From assembly GCF_020745735.1 (NCBI RefSeq), contig NC_083414.1:51776013-51840012 (forward strand): a stretch of DNA of 64,000 bases, given 5' to 3'. How positions within the stretch are numbered: the first letter of the stretch is position 1; every line of letters starts with the position of its first letter. Source of the stretch: Hemiscyllium ocellatum (taxonomy: Eukaryota). Under the pieces are notes generated by a model that was not told where the DNA came from, did not search any database, and saw only the letters and a program-made list of their open reading frames with translations. The position numbers and the translations under genes were made by a program. This document shows, piece by piece, positions 37,175-50,510 of this stretch.

Positions 37175-38935
37175 TCCTGAGGTACAGGCTACTAGATGGG
37201 ATTGAGGTGCTAAGGAGGAGGTGTCAGCAACTCTGGAAAGTGTAAAAATAGATAAGTCCCCTGGGCCGGATGGGATTTACTAGAAGAAAGTGAGGACTGC
37301 AGATGTTGGAGACCACAGTTAAAAAATGTGGTGCTGGAAAAACACAGCAGGCCATGCAGCATCCGAGGAGCAGGAGAATCAACATTTCGGGCATAAGAAG
37401 AAAGGCTTATGCCTGAAACCATGATTCTCCTGCTCCTCGGGTGCTGCCTGGCTGGATGGGATTTATCTTAGGATTCCCTGGGAAGCCAGTGGGGAGATTG
37501 CTGAGCCTTTGGCTTTGATTTTTATGTCATCATTGTCTACAGGAATACTGCCAGAAGACTGGAGGATAGCAAATGTTATTCCCTTGTTCAAGAAGGGGAG
37601 TAGAGACAACCTTGGACATTACAGAACTATGAGCTTTACTTTGGTTGTGGGTACAGTGTTGGAAAGGGTTATAAAGATAGGATTTTTTATTACCTAGAAA
37701 GGAAGCAGTTGATTAGGGATAGTCAACATAGTTTTGTGAAAGGTATGTCATGCCTCACAGATCTTTTTGGGTTCTTTGAGGAAGTGACCAAACAGATGGA
37801 TGAGGGTAAAGTGGTTGATGTGGTATATATGGATTTCAGTACTGTGTTTGATAAGGTTCCTTATGGTAGGCTGTTGCACAAAATGCAGAGGCATGGGATT
37901 GAGGATGATTTAGTGGTTTGAATCAGCTGAAAGAAGACAGAGGGTGGTGGTTGATGGGAAATATTCATCCTGGAGTTCAGTTACTAATGGGGTACCAAAA
38001 GAACCTGTTTTGGATCCACATTTTATAAATGACATGGATGAGGAAATAGAAGGATGGGTTAGTAAATTTGTGATGACATGAAGGTCAGTAGAGTTGTAAA
38101 TAGTGACGAAGGATGTTTTGGTTACGGAGAGACATAGATCAGCTGCAGAGGTGGCAAATGGAGTTCAAGGCAGAAAACTGTGTGGTGATTCACTTTGGAA
38201 GGACTAACAGGAATGTAGAGTACTGGACTAATGGTAAGATTCCTGGTAATGTAGATGAGCAGAGAGATCTCAGTGTCCAGGTGCATAATCCTTGAACGAT
38301 TCCACCCAGGTTGATAGGATTGTTAAGAAGGCACGCAGTGTGTTAGCTTTTATTGAGTTTTGGAATGTTGATATCATGCTGCAGCTGTACAAAACTATGG
38401 TGCAGTTACATTTGGAGTAATGCAAACAATTCTGGTCACCGCATTATTGGAAGGATGTGGAAGCATTGCAAAGGGGGCAAAGGAGACTTACGAGAATGTT
38501 GCCTGATATGGAGGGAAGGTCTGACGAGAAAAGGCTGAGAGATTTGAGGCTGTTTCGTAAGAGAGAAGAAGGTTGAGAGGTGAATTAATTGAGACATACA
38601 AGATAATCAGAGGGTTAGATCAGGTGGACAGTGAGAGCCTTTTTCCTTGGACAGTGATGACTAGCGTGGGGACATAGCTTTAAATTGAGGGGTGATAGAT
38701 ACAGGACAGATGTCAAAGATAGCTTCTTTGCTCAGAGAGTAGTATGAATGCACTGCCTGTAACAGTAGTAGATTTGCCAACTTTAAGGGCATTTAAATAG
38801 TTATTGGATAGGCATATGGATGAGAATGGATTAGTGTAGGTTAGATGTGCTTCAGATTGGTTCCACAGGTCGGTGCATAATTGAGGGCCAAAGGGCCTGT
38901 ACTGCGCTGCAATGTTCTATGCTTTATGCTCTATA
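37175..38935 (+). mobile_element. CR1 (RT plus 3' end) inserted in the Gypsy integrase zinc finger
   Basis: ORFs 37509-37697 (PEDWRIANVIPLFKKG) and 37709-37921 (VYMDFSTVFDKVP); TGTTCTATG tail. Confidence 0.93.
37280..37453. mobile_element. Penelope-like insertion (family A, with inversion) inside CR1 inside Gypsy
   Basis: TSD GGATGGGATTTA (37268-37279, 37454-37465); inverted GCAGCATCCGAGGAGCAGGAGAATC arms. Confidence 0.85.
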
Positions 38936-41491
38936 ACGGCACAAGGATGTAGATGAATTTTGTCAGATATGTCATACATGTTAGGTAATTGGAAAACCAC
39001 AGGCAGTAATACAACCTGCACATTTAATGGCTATTCTTGCAGTTGAGGAGCCTTTTACAAGAGTTTTAATAGATTATGTATGACCCCTACCTAAACCAAA
39101 AAGTGGGAATTGGTATTTGTTAACAATAACGGATGTGTCCACTAGATTTGCAGAAGCCATTCCATTACACAATATCACAGCTAAAAGAATCAGAGTGGAA
39201 TTACTTAAATTTTTCACTAGATATGGACGACCCACAGAGATACGATCAGATCAAGGGTCAAACTTCACATCAAAATTATTCAAGGAACTTGTGGACAGCT
39301 TAGCAATAAAATGATTCAAATCTACTGCATAACATCCAGAATCGCAGGGTGCGCTAGAAAAGTGGCATCAGACATTGAAGACCATGTTGAGGGCTTATAG
39401 ATGATCGGGATATGGGAATTCAATTTGTACATTTTGCTATCAGAGGTGCACCAAACGAATTGACCAAATGCTGTCCATTTGAATGGGTTTTGGGGCATGA
39501 AGTGAGAGGACCAATGAAATTAATTAAGGAGAAATTGGTAAGTCAGAATTCAGAGACCAAATATTTGGACTATGTGTCAAATCTTAGGGAATGATTAAGT
39601 AGAGCAGGGAAGTTAGCTAGACAGCATTTAAAAAGTATTACAGCAGAAAACAAAACAGAAAGCAGACAACAAATTAAAAATTTGCAATTTTGCTGTTGGA
39701 GATAAGGTGTTAGTGTTAGTTCCAATAATAGGTGAACCTTCAAAAGCAAGGCTTAGTGGACCTTATCAAGTCAAAAGGAAATTGAGTGAGATGAACTATT
39801 TGATAAGGACACCAGACACTCACAGCGTGTGAGATATGAACATGCTCAAAAGGTAGTTTTACAGGGAAGAAAAGCCAAAGGAGATTGTGTTATTGGTTAC
39901 AATGCAGAATGAAGAATCAAGTTCAGAGGATTCTGAATTGTACATTTTTCAAATTAAATTGGACAATGAGAAAGTTGTCAAAAATTGGGATAAATTATTT
40001 TGTAACCTTCCAGACGAAAATCCAAATGACCTTGGGGAGATATGTGGAAATAAACTGGGAAGTACTCAGCTAATTATGCATGACGTAGATATAGGAGATG
40101 CTGTTCTGATTAAGCAACATCCTTATAAACATAACCCTCTAAAATTGGCACAGGTTCAAAAAGGAGATTGAATGCATGCTCCAAAATGACATAATTGAAA
40201 TGAGTCACCATGATTGGAGCTCACCCATAGGAATGGTGCCAAAACCTGATGGGATCCAATTGTATTGTTTGGACTATCACAAAGTCAGTGCCGTTACAAA
40301 GACTAATGCATATCCGATTCAGTGTTTGGAAGACTGCGTTGAAAAGCAATTTATATTTCCAAGTTGGACTTGCTCAGAGGATACTGGAGGGTACCTTTGT
40401 CTGAAAGAGCAAAGACAATTTCGGTTTTCATAATGTTGAATGAACTGTATCAGTTTAATGTCATGCCATTTGGCATGAAAACTGCACCAGCCATATTTCA
40501 GAGACTAACCAATAAGGTCATTGCTGGATTACCTTCATCACATGTGGAAGGAACATTTGCAACATTTATTAGAATTGTTCAAATGACTTCAGGGAGGCAG
40601 GCTTGGTGATAAATCTGGCTAGAAGTGAATCTGCTAAGGTCTAAGTCACTTCCTGGGCCTTGTTATTGGACATGAACAAATGGCCTCACTGAAAGCAAAA
40701 ACACAAGTAACTGTGGAGTTTCTCAAACAATCAACAAAAAGAGCAGTGCTATGATTGAGTGGTTTTTAGTGGGATTGAGTGGATTTTATCAAAAATCCAT
40801 ACCAAATTTTAGCAGCATGGCTGATCCACTCGATGGAATTGCTAAAGAAAAACAAGAGGTTTCAGTGGACAGTGGACTGTCAGAAGGCATTTGACAGCCT
40901 GAGAGCTTTGTTAACCACTGCCCTAGTATTAGCCACACCTAATTATGCACAGCCATTCAAGGCGACTATCGATGTGAGTGATGTGGGTGTCAGTGCTGTG
41001 CTCTTACAGGAAGACGAAGAGAATATAGAAAGATTTATCATATACTTCACCAGGAAACTGAACATTCATCAGCAGAAATATTCAACAGATGAGAACGAGA
41101 CTTTAAGCTTGGTACTGGCATTACAACATTTCAGTGTTTATGTTCCCGGTAATGTATCTCAGACAATCATATATACTGATCATAGCTCATTGAAGTTTTT
41201 GGAGAAATTTAAGGACAAAAATTCCAGCCTGTTTAGATGGAGCTTGTTGTTACAGCCATTCAATTTGAAAATTGTGCACGTGGCAGGATGAGAATACATG
41301 ATTGCTGACGCATTGTCGAGACTTGAATGAAAAACTGTCAAACTGAAACAAAATGTAGTCATGCATGCTTGTGTGATTATCATCAATGTAATGTATATGA
41401 ATGTTGCAGTGTACTAAGAATGTAAGATTAAGGGTTTTAAAATGAAACCATCTTTGGAAATTAATGGTTTATTTTTCTTTAATGGAAGAGA

Positions 41492-42080
41492 TGTGATGAT
41501 ACTGTTCCTTTAACAAGGTGATGTTATCCTTGGTTTCTTTTTCAGGAGGTCGTAAAGACACAGCTTCCGAAATGCCTGGGGTTGATCTGCTTGATGAAGC
41601 TTCTAAGTTTAAAACAAAACACTTGCACAATGAAAAGTGGTCAGTTCTCCAAGCTCAGCTTTTCTCTGGTTTGGATTTGGTTTGGTTTTAGCAAATCAGT
41701 TGTGAAGCTCCTAAACCCAAAAAAGCAAGTCCATGCTGATCCTCTCTCTCTCTGACATCTCTCTCCGATATTGACTTTATCGTTTTTTTTTGCCAAGGGG
41801 TGTTTATGGGGATTGTTGCAAGTATTTGGAACAGCATCATTAGGTTGGGATAATCCATTGTGTTTCAGGTAGACTAAGTTATTCTATATTCTGTTCTCTT
41901 TTGATTGTCTTTCATTCAGTAATCTTGCAAATAAATTCTGTTTTGTTTAAAATTGAGTGGTTGGGCCAACTGCATCACTCCTGGAGTATCCACATCACAC
42001 CTGCTTAAAACAACTAACAAATTGAGGGTGTGGGCTGCTTTCTTGAAAGGTTTTGATGGGGTCTGGCCTGGTCCATAACA
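41492..42080 (+). repeat. 3' LTR of the Gmr1-like element
   Basis: TGTGATG...CATAACA termini; preceded by purine tract AATGGAAGAGA; AATAAA near 41930. Confidence 0.88.
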
Positions 42081-43792
42081 GGTTCAAAAGGCTCAAAGGC
42101 CTGTTGTGCCTTTATTTCTTCTCTCCCTTTACAAGTGACCTTATCTGGAATACTGTTAAGGCTGCAGGCTTTGTTGTTTTTTTAAATTGTTTTATTCCTT
42201 GTTGCCCGTATCCCGTTTATAATGGTTCACCCAAGGATTCCACATAGGATATTACAGGGGATGGCTTGAAGGTTATCAGCTGCAACTGCAGATGCCAAGT
42301 CGAGGACTTGGCATAATGATTGGGAGGGACTATTTACCAATCATTCAAAATAGTGATTACATGTCCCTTAAGCAGAGTCCAAAAACCTTAATAATGAAGC
42401 AGAACAGTCACAGTGAAGGAAAGAAAAGCAACCAAATTCTGTGCTTTGGATCCCATTACCTAGTGGGACATACTGCTCCAAGCGCCTGAAGATGTGTGTG
42501 CTGAGAATTGGCCTGTTGGGTCACATGAAGGCTCATGGCAGGAACTTACGCTCCTGACTAGGGGTCGTCCTTGAATTGAGGGGTTTGTGATCATGATAAT
42601 GATAATACAGTGAATTAGCAGAATTTAAAATAAATGGCACATTTATGCAGAGCAAGCTCTGGAAAAGCACAGTGAGGAATGTTTGGATCAAAGCTTTAGA
42701 TGCCAAATGAGAGACCACAACGTTGAACATCATGCAAACAGCCCTGAGAATTTTGTTTCAGAATGTTTTATGTCTACTTGGGATGTCAAATGGGAATTTG
42801 CCCAAAATGTGCAGCCTCCCTCTGTATCTTAGTGAAGTACACCTTAGATAATGTACTCAATTCTGGGAAAATGCTCTGAACTCCGAACATTCTAACTCAA
42901 ATACATTTGTTTGTCAGCTCTGAAGTTGATATGAATAAGATTATTGAATAGATAACCTGCATTTTCTAAATTTCTTATGAGGTGAAAACTTGTTTTCATT
43001 ACGTAAGAATTAATGGATTTTTTATTGCATTGGGATTAACAGGTTAGGAAAAGTCTTTCCTTCCAAATTGAATTATCAAAGCTTTATATGAGATGAACAC
43101 ACCTCATTAAACAAGGTTATTATGTGTCGAAGTAGACTCGGGTTTCAATTTAAAAGCCTGTACAAAGATGTTTTAAAAGCTATGTGCTATTAAATAGGCA
43201 ATGCAACACGTAAAATTCATGTAACGTTTACATTTGAGATGAAACATTTATGACATTTGCTCATAATATCAGTCTATACTAATATCAGTCTTTCCCGAAA
43301 GAAAGATTGTTCCTTCCTGATAGTTAAAATAAAAGTAATATAATTGCTGGATTTATACCAGTTTAAACAATTTTCACCAGGGGATTTTCTGAGAGAAATA
43401 AATTGAGATCTTCAAATTTCTGTGGTTTGAGGCGATGTAAGAAACAGCAAGGCCTTGAGGAAGAGAAAATATAGAGCAGATCTGAATTCCATCACATTTC
43501 ACCCAAACCTTGAAATTTTAAATCTTAGTTCAAAACCAATTACCCAGGATCCAGCCAATTCTATAAGCTGTTGTCGTAAATTATCCGCATTCAAGATGGT
43601 CATTTATATATTATGATAATGCACTTAAATATGCATTTTCTTAATCATTGCTGTTGCTCGTACAAGTAATCAGCAAGGCTTCTGTGGAAAAATGTGCAAC
43701 ATCCACCAACTAGAAGGGCAAGACAGTTCAAGAATACCACTACTTCCAGATAATACACAATCTTAACTTGGACATCCAATTCCATTCCTTCA

Positions 43793-44062
43793 TGGTGGCA
43801 CAGTGGTTAGCAGTGCTGCCTCACAGCACCAGAGACCCGGCTTCAATTCCAGCCTCAGGCATCTGTTTGTGTGGAGTTTGCACATTCTCCCCATTCTGGT
43901 TTCCTGCCACAGTCCAAAGATGTGCAGGTTAGGTGAATTGGCCATTCTAAATTGCCCGTAGTGTTATGGGAAATGGGTCTGGGTGGGTTAATCTCCGGAG
44001 GATCGGTGTGGACTTGTTGGGCCGAAGGGCCTGTTTCCACACTGTAAGTAATCTAATCTAAA
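43793..44062 (+). mobile_element. HE1-type SINE
   Basis: TGGTGGCACAGTGGTTAGC head and GGGCCGAAGGGCCTGTTTCCACACTGTAAGTAATCTAATCT tail. Confidence 0.9.
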
Positions 44063-44114
44063 CATTACCAAACAAAGTCTTCATTGTGAGAGTACCTAAA
44101 TATCCCACCTTGCT

Positions 44115-44255
44115 CCTATTTATCTCTCCACCCCCGAGGCTTTTGCCCAAAATGTTGATTTTCCTGCTCCTCAGATACTGCCTGACCTGCTGTGCTTTTC
44201 CAGCACCACACCAACCTTGACTCTGATTTCCAGCATCTGCAGTACTCACTTTCAC
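44115..44255 (+). mobile_element. Penelope-like terminus (family A)
   Basis: GGCTTTTGCCCAAAATGTTGATTTTCCTGCTCCTCAGAT...CCAGCATCTGCAGTACTCACT. Confidence 0.75.
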
Positions 44256-45359
44256 CAAATGGAAATGTGGGGCTGAGTGCAGCAAAATAAAGCAGTGGTG
44301 CACCAGCATTTTCACAATGTAAAACCAAGGCATAAAAACTGAACAAAGTAGAGGTGAAGTGCTGATTAAATCTAGAGGTGAAGTGCTGAACTACTAGTCC
44401 AGTAATTAAATCCTACTGCCAGACGTAAGCATTTTAATACACTGGTAGGTTCAATTCTACCTCTTCTGTTTTGCACTCTCTCTTCAGAATATACTCATTA
44501 ACAATACTGAAATATCAATATCATTTTGACAATCCCTAACTATGCAACCTGTTCCTTCAGCATAGTTGTGATTCCTATTCTAGTCTGTATCATTCCCATG
44601 TTGTTATAGTCCATTTAGAAAAGACTATATATTTTATACCTTTGGTCAATGCAGATATGATTCTATATGTGAGACAGTTTATCTTCACAGTGCTTTGAAA
44701 TGACTACTCATTGCTTCAGCTCTGGCTACCAGTTATTTCTGAAGAAGAATCATACCAGACTCGAGCCATTAACTCTGTTTCTCTGTACGCAAATGCTGCT
44801 AGACCTGCATTTCTCCAACATACTCTATGTTCGTTTGTACAATGTGTTGACATGGCTCTGAGTCCACATCCAGATTTATCCATTCATGCGACATGAATAT
44901 CAACAATGGATAGATTCACAAAATAGAACTCAAAACAATTGAAGTAATAAACACTAGAGTTGCTTTCTATTTGGTGTGAAAATATTAAATGTCCCAAAAT
45001 TGAGATTCTCTAAATTGCAGATCCTCATGATTTTATAATTTTTAAGCATTTTATCTTCAATTTCAAACATATCTTGAAATTTTTAGGAAGTGCTTTTAAA
45101 AGCTATTATGTTGTAATTTACTCAGTCAAATGTATTTGATTTTACCTGCATCAAACTTATCATTAAAAACCTTAAATGTACAATATTGCCAGCCACAATA
45201 ATGTCTCAGCCATCCTAATTTGCATTTATTATAGACCTTTCTATAAGCACCCTTGAATTATAGTGTAACATAAAAGCAGCACATGCTAGAGACATCCAAC
45301 AGGTCTGGCAGCATCTGTGGAGAGGGAAAAACCCACTCAATGTTTCAAGTTCCATAACT

Positions 45360-47350
45360 TGGAGCTGGTAGATCGTAAAAGGACATAGTCACTAGATTGG
45401 GTCTGCAGCAAGTGTTGAGGGAAAAAATCTTCTTGACCTTATCCTGATCAATCTACCTGTCTATGATAGTAACAGTAATATTGACCACTGCACAGTTCTT
45501 GTGGAGATTAAATCTCATCTTCAAATGTGAATGCTCTCCATCACACGTGGCATTCCCACCATGCTAAATGAGACAAACTTCGAATAGAATTTATAACTGA
45601 GCATTCACAAGACACTGTGAGCCATTCCCTGCATCAGAGATGCATTTATTCTCAATTTGCAACTCCATGACCTGGGTATATTTGCCACTCTAGCATTACC
45701 ATCAACTTGGTTCAGTGAAAAGTACATGTGATTATTCAAGGAGCAACACCAAGCGTATCTCAAAATGAGGTGTCAGTCTGGTGAAGCAGTAACAAAGGGC
45801 TACTATGCCCCAAATAGCAGATACAGCATGTCAAAAACAAAGTGAAGTGGACCGTCAACCAACTGATCAATCTAAGCTCTGAAGCTCGACCACATTTAGT
45901 TATGAACAGTGGTGAACAATTAAGCAAATGACTGGAGGAGGAAGCTCCACAAATGTCTTCATCCTCAATGATGGGGGACTCCAGCATATAATGTAAAAGA
46001 TGAGGCTGAAGCATTTGGAACTATCTTCCACCAAATGGGTGAGCCATCTTAGTCTCCTTGGCCTTCAGAGGTCCCAATTTTCAAACCAATTGGATAATGC
46101 AAAAGCTATTTGCCAAAAGATTCTGGCAACACTGCTGAGGACTTCCATGCCTATAACTAAACTTTTCCAGGTAAACAACAACATTGCCATGTATCCAAAA
46201 TATGAAAATTTGTTCAGGATGTCATGCACAAAAATCCATCCTATCCAAATAGTGCTCCTTCAAGTCATCTCTTTCTCTAGATCACCAGAAAGGGGATGAA
46301 GGTGCTATCAACAGTGTTATAAAACAACACTTGAAGAGGAATAACCTACTGACTGACACTCAGTTTAGGTTCCACCAGGCTAACTGGCTCCTTAGCTCAT
46401 TACAGCCTTGGTCCAAACATGGACAAAAGAGCTGAACACAAGAGTGAGGTGACAGTGGCTGCCCAGGAAATCAAGGCAACATTTGAAAGTGTACAATGTC
46501 AAACAGCCTTAGTAAAACTGTGGGCATTAGGAATCTGTGGGAAAACTGCCCGCTAGTTTGAGTCATACCTAGCACAAAAGAAAATTCAATCAGATTTCAG
46601 GATAGTGACCTAGGCCTAAACATCTTCAGTTGATTCCTCAATGACCTTAACTTCTTCAGAAAATCAGAAGTGAAGACGTTCATTGATGACTGCACAATAT
46701 TTAGTATCACTTTTGACAACTCAGGTAATGTGGCAGTCCATGTTCATATGCGACAAGAACTGGACAATATTCAAGCAGCAGCTGGTAAGTGTCAAGTCAG
46801 ATTTGCACCACACAAGATCATGATCATTTCCAACTAATGACAATCTAACCACCATCCTGAGACATTCAATTGCATTTCCTTTGTTGAAGACCCCACCATT
46901 AGTATCCTAAGAGTTGTCATTGACCCAAGACTGAACTGGATTTGCCTGTGGCAACAAGAGCAGGTCAGATTCTCAGCATTTTTTGGAACCCAATTGCACC
47001 TCATCCAGCACATTCAATATTTATGTCCTTCACCGTTAACACACAGTGATAGCAATAACACACAAAGATCTCGCCAACAGCATTTATTAAATCCACAGCC
47101 TCTGCAACTGAGGAGAAGGAAGGTGTAAGGATACACCACTACATGCAGGTTCCTCTCCAAACCACATATTATCTTGACTTTCTTTCACTATTAACATTGT
47201 GAACTCCCTTTCTAACACCTGCCTGTGTGTCTTAATACCCAAGGACTGCAGCAGTTCAAGAAGACAGCTCTGTTCCAACCTCTCTGGAGCAATTAGTGAT
47301 GAACAATAAATGCTGGGACAGCCAGAGATGCCTACATCTTGTGAACAAAT
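45360..47350 (+). mobile_element. Older CR1/L2-group LINE, heavily decayed ORF2 plus 3' UTR
   Basis: Remnants NLLDLILINLP (about 45430), IKATFESV (from DIKAAFD.V, about 46470) and FIDDCT (from FADD, about 46680). Confidence 0.7.
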
Positions 47351-47359
47351 TTTTTTAAG

Positions 47360-47990
47360 TAGTGTGCAGTTACAAGTGGAAGAAGGGGAGGAGCTCCATG
47401 GACGAGCAAAAGGATTCAGATCGTATGGCACATTTTTCTTCCTACAGCTCCATGTTGTGCATGGCACAGCAAACTAAATCATGCTCGAGACCGTTGATGA
47501 GGAACACTGAAGGGTGCCCAGATCCAGGCCACTTGAAATGTGTATTGAGTGACTCAATAACTTGTTGCTTTTGGCTGAGTGCCTCTTGTCCAATTTCTTC
47601 ATCAGTTGCCTGGCAGGAGTCATCAGCTAAATGCTCAGATGGCAGTCTTTGAAGCAGAGCCACTTGTTGGCTTTATATGAAGGAATGAAATCCTTCACGA
47701 GATATAACAGACAAAGAATGGATGAACATGGCAGTTTTCTGGATATCTCGCACAGATACACATGATAAACTTTGCAGAGGTCATAAATGATTTGCGCAGT
47801 AATGAAAGAGGAATTGCTTCCAATTGATGAACACTCCAGACAGATTTGAGATTATCTTGTGCACAGTCAATGACCACCTGTACCTGCGAGAATTTAGACA
47901 ATGCAGTAAATTCGAGATCCTGCATCTGACTGGTCACATTTGTGCATAAATAAACATAAACAGAGGCATTGTTAAGCAAAGCATCAGCCG
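47360..47990 (-). mobile_element. PIF/Harbinger DDE transposase relic
   Basis: ORFs 47695-47979 (FTALSKFSQVQVVIDCAQ, like GFP.V.G.IDCTH; CARYPENCH, like ARWPGS.HD) and 47442-47663 (...HFKW...VCCAMHN). Confidence 0.7.
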
Positions 47991-48664
47991 GCTACAAGAG
48001 GATGCTTCTGACATAGTGGCAGATACCCTACCTCTGGGCCAGGAGCCCCAGCTGCTGCAGGGGGGTGTCATGATATCTCTGAACATGGAAAACCTTTCCG
48101 CCACCTAGTAGATATACTTGCAAGCAGTAGATTGTGAAATTCTGGAGTTGCTGTTAACAAGACTCAAATCATTTTGTGAAGCAGGAACCAAGACGGAATA
48201 TTTTTCTTCATTTGACCTGAAATTATTTTTAAATTTACCTATTCAGACAGTTTATGATACATCTCTGGGTCAGGTGGGATTTCTACCTGGGTATGACTGA
48301 GAGATAAGGACACTACCCATTGTACCACAAGACTACTTTGACATTAATATGTACCTAGTTTCTCAATTTAACCAACTGCCTAGTCCCAGATTCACCACTT
48401 TATAGTTACACAGACTATTAATCAATTAATGCCCATAATTTATTAGCTACATGAAAAGTCAGAAGGAGCAGAGGTAAATAAATACAGGGCTGCGATGACT
48501 TTGATCATCGCTGGCAATGCGATTCCACCCAATCTTAACAGAAGGTTTTGGTCCCGAAGTTGCAGAAGTCAACAAAGATCTGTGGTGAAGGGCTGAGCCT
48601 CCAGAGACATGGTTGCTCTGCCACCTTGAGAAAACTGATTCTCTGCTTTCATATAAAACAAGGA

Positions 48665-48785
48665 ACTATGGATGTTGGAGATCTGAAACAAAAACAGAAA
48701 AAGCTGGAGAAACTCAGCAGGTCTGGCAGCATCTGTGGAGAGAAACCAGAGTTAATGTTTTGAGTCCAGTGACCCTTCTTCAGTC
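48665..48785 (-). mobile_element. Penelope-like terminus, older variant
   Basis: GCTGGAGAAACTCAGCAGGTCTGGCAGCATCTGTGGAGAG...CCCTTCTTCAG; related fragments near 44740, 45290 and 60650. Confidence 0.65.
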
Positions 48786-49175
48786 CTGCAATTTCTGTGG
48801 TTTTTTTTGCTTTTATAGACTGGGCTTGGAGGATATTGACTTCATGTTGGAACCCTTTATCCATCGCTTCTGCGGTGATTTGTGTCTAGGGAGAAGGTAG
48901 CTGCTGCTTGCAATGCTGTTGATGTGGCCTCTGGTGCTCCTGTTGTTCATACTGTTGATGTTCCTCAGCAGCAGTGCATGGTAAAGCTGATTAAAGTATT
49001 TCCATAATGCAGAGGCACCGACAACAGAAAACATGAGATTGTGGTGAGTCAAGTCCAAGATGAAATAACTTCCAAAATGTTGGATATCAGTCTCAAAGCA
49101 GAAAACATTCAAGTACACTGGTCAACAGTGACATTTTCACACTTGAAAGACTTTACAGCCTGAAGTCATAATAAA

Positions 49176-49400
49176 TTAGAATTAGGCTTTATTGTCACAT
49201 GTAATCAGGTATACTGTACAGTAAAAGTGTACAATGTCGTCACATATGGCACCATCTTAGATACAAAGTACCTGGCTACAAACCTGAGGTACTAAAATAG
49301 ATTAGGAACAAAAATAGAGAAATAAAGAAAAAAGCTAAAAGTTCTCCGCTCCAGCTCATCACAGTACAAATTAGGAAAATAAAGAAACAGATTATTCAAC
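49176..49400 (-). mobile_element. Short repeat with L2-like tail
   Basis: TTAGAATTAGGCTTTATTGTCACATGT...CATCTTAGATACAAAGTACC. Confidence 0.55.
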
Positions 49401-50057
49401 TCCAGTGTTTTTGTGTCACTTCCAAACGTAGCCCAATTAAATGTGGAAGCAGTTGGAATCAGATATGGTTTCTGACTCAATGCCAGAATTCCTCCAGGCT
49501 TGAAATCACTGACCCGAACCTGAACCTGCTCCATCTTGGCAGTTAAAATTCACCCCAGCTTTCATCTTATAAAGCTGGATATTTTTAACAGTAAGAGAAA
49601 TGATCTGAATTGAGCAGACTGTCAATTCACCACAATTCATTTGCTGTTCAAAACCTGATTCACATGTCAGAGCTCACAAATTTCTCTGGTAGATAGCATA
49701 AGACAGTGTTGGAAGTAATTCCCTTTCAGAAGTTAATAAAAACTGCTCAAATAGTTACAAATTTTGAGCACTTTTGTAATATTTGTGTCACATAATAACT
49801 GCTGATACATATTTATAGCAGTGCATGCTTTTGTTATGAGAGAAAAATACAGAGAAAAGTTTAATTTTATGACAATGGTGCAAGAAATTATTTTTATGAG
49901 GTATTCCTACAGAAAAAGGCATGCACGGAAGAAGCAAACTTACGTCAAGCTGCTTGTGAAAAAACAGTATAAACTGCTGTTTTAACTTATAAGCAGCATG
50001 ATTGCAGAGAAGTTATCTTTGAAACGACACCATGAAACTTCTGAGGGCTAAACGTAA

Positions 50058-50510
50058 AAGAAAACAAAAAACTGCAGATCCTGGAAATCAGGAACAAAAA
50101 CAGAAATTGCTGGAAAAATTCAGCATCTGTCAGACAAATCAGAGTTAAAGTTTCGGGTCCAGCGACACTCCTCCAGAACTGATAGGATGTGAACTAGGCC
50201 TTGTGATCACATGGACTACTACCACAAATGACTCATTGTCAACCACATTGGACCCAATCAGCAACTATTCATTCTCCCAGGTTGACCTTCACCCATTCCT
50301 CTGTCTGTCCACTGATTTATTTTCTCTCCTTTCTGGGCTCCATCTTCACCTATCATTTATTCATTCCCCTTCTCCCACCCATTCTATACCAACACTTGCC
50401 CAGGTACAATTAATACTGAAGAAGGATCGCAGGATCTGCAATGTTGATTTTGCCATCTCTTTCGAGAGATGCTACCAGACCTGAGTTTTTCCAGACATTT
50501 CTATTTTGGT
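50058..50510. mobile_element. Penelope-like element with inverted termini
   Basis: A minus-strand terminus (50058-50180) and a plus-strand terminus with CTGAAGAAGG (50416-50510) flank a pyrimidine-rich spacer. Confidence 0.6.

Larger units (their letters stand above)
34204..42080 (+). mobile_element. Decayed Gmr1-like Gypsy LTR retrotransposon (gag-[PR]-IN-RT-RH), 5' LTR reduced to last 40 bp
   Basis: gag starts near 34372 with an E/R-rich region. The integrase zinc finger is split: GHLGIRKT (37111) and HKDVDEFCQICHTC (38940). IN core TRFAEAIPL...SDQGSNFTS (39117-39314) precedes RT WSSPI.MVPKPDG / DLLRGYW.VPL / MPFGMKTAPAIFQRL (40176-40609) and RNase H (40779-41291). Confidence 0.92.

Noticed and set aside
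44349-44389. 17 bp direct repeat TAGAGGTGAAGTGCTGA (and a 12 bp repeat near 43265-43292)
   Set aside because: A simple local slippage duplication with no other supporting structure.
49482-49556. Recurrent AAAATTCNNCCC-like words (also 23928, 51308) as Harbinger MITE ends
   Set aside because: Too short and degenerate; paired TIRs and 3 bp TSDs could not be confirmed by eye.
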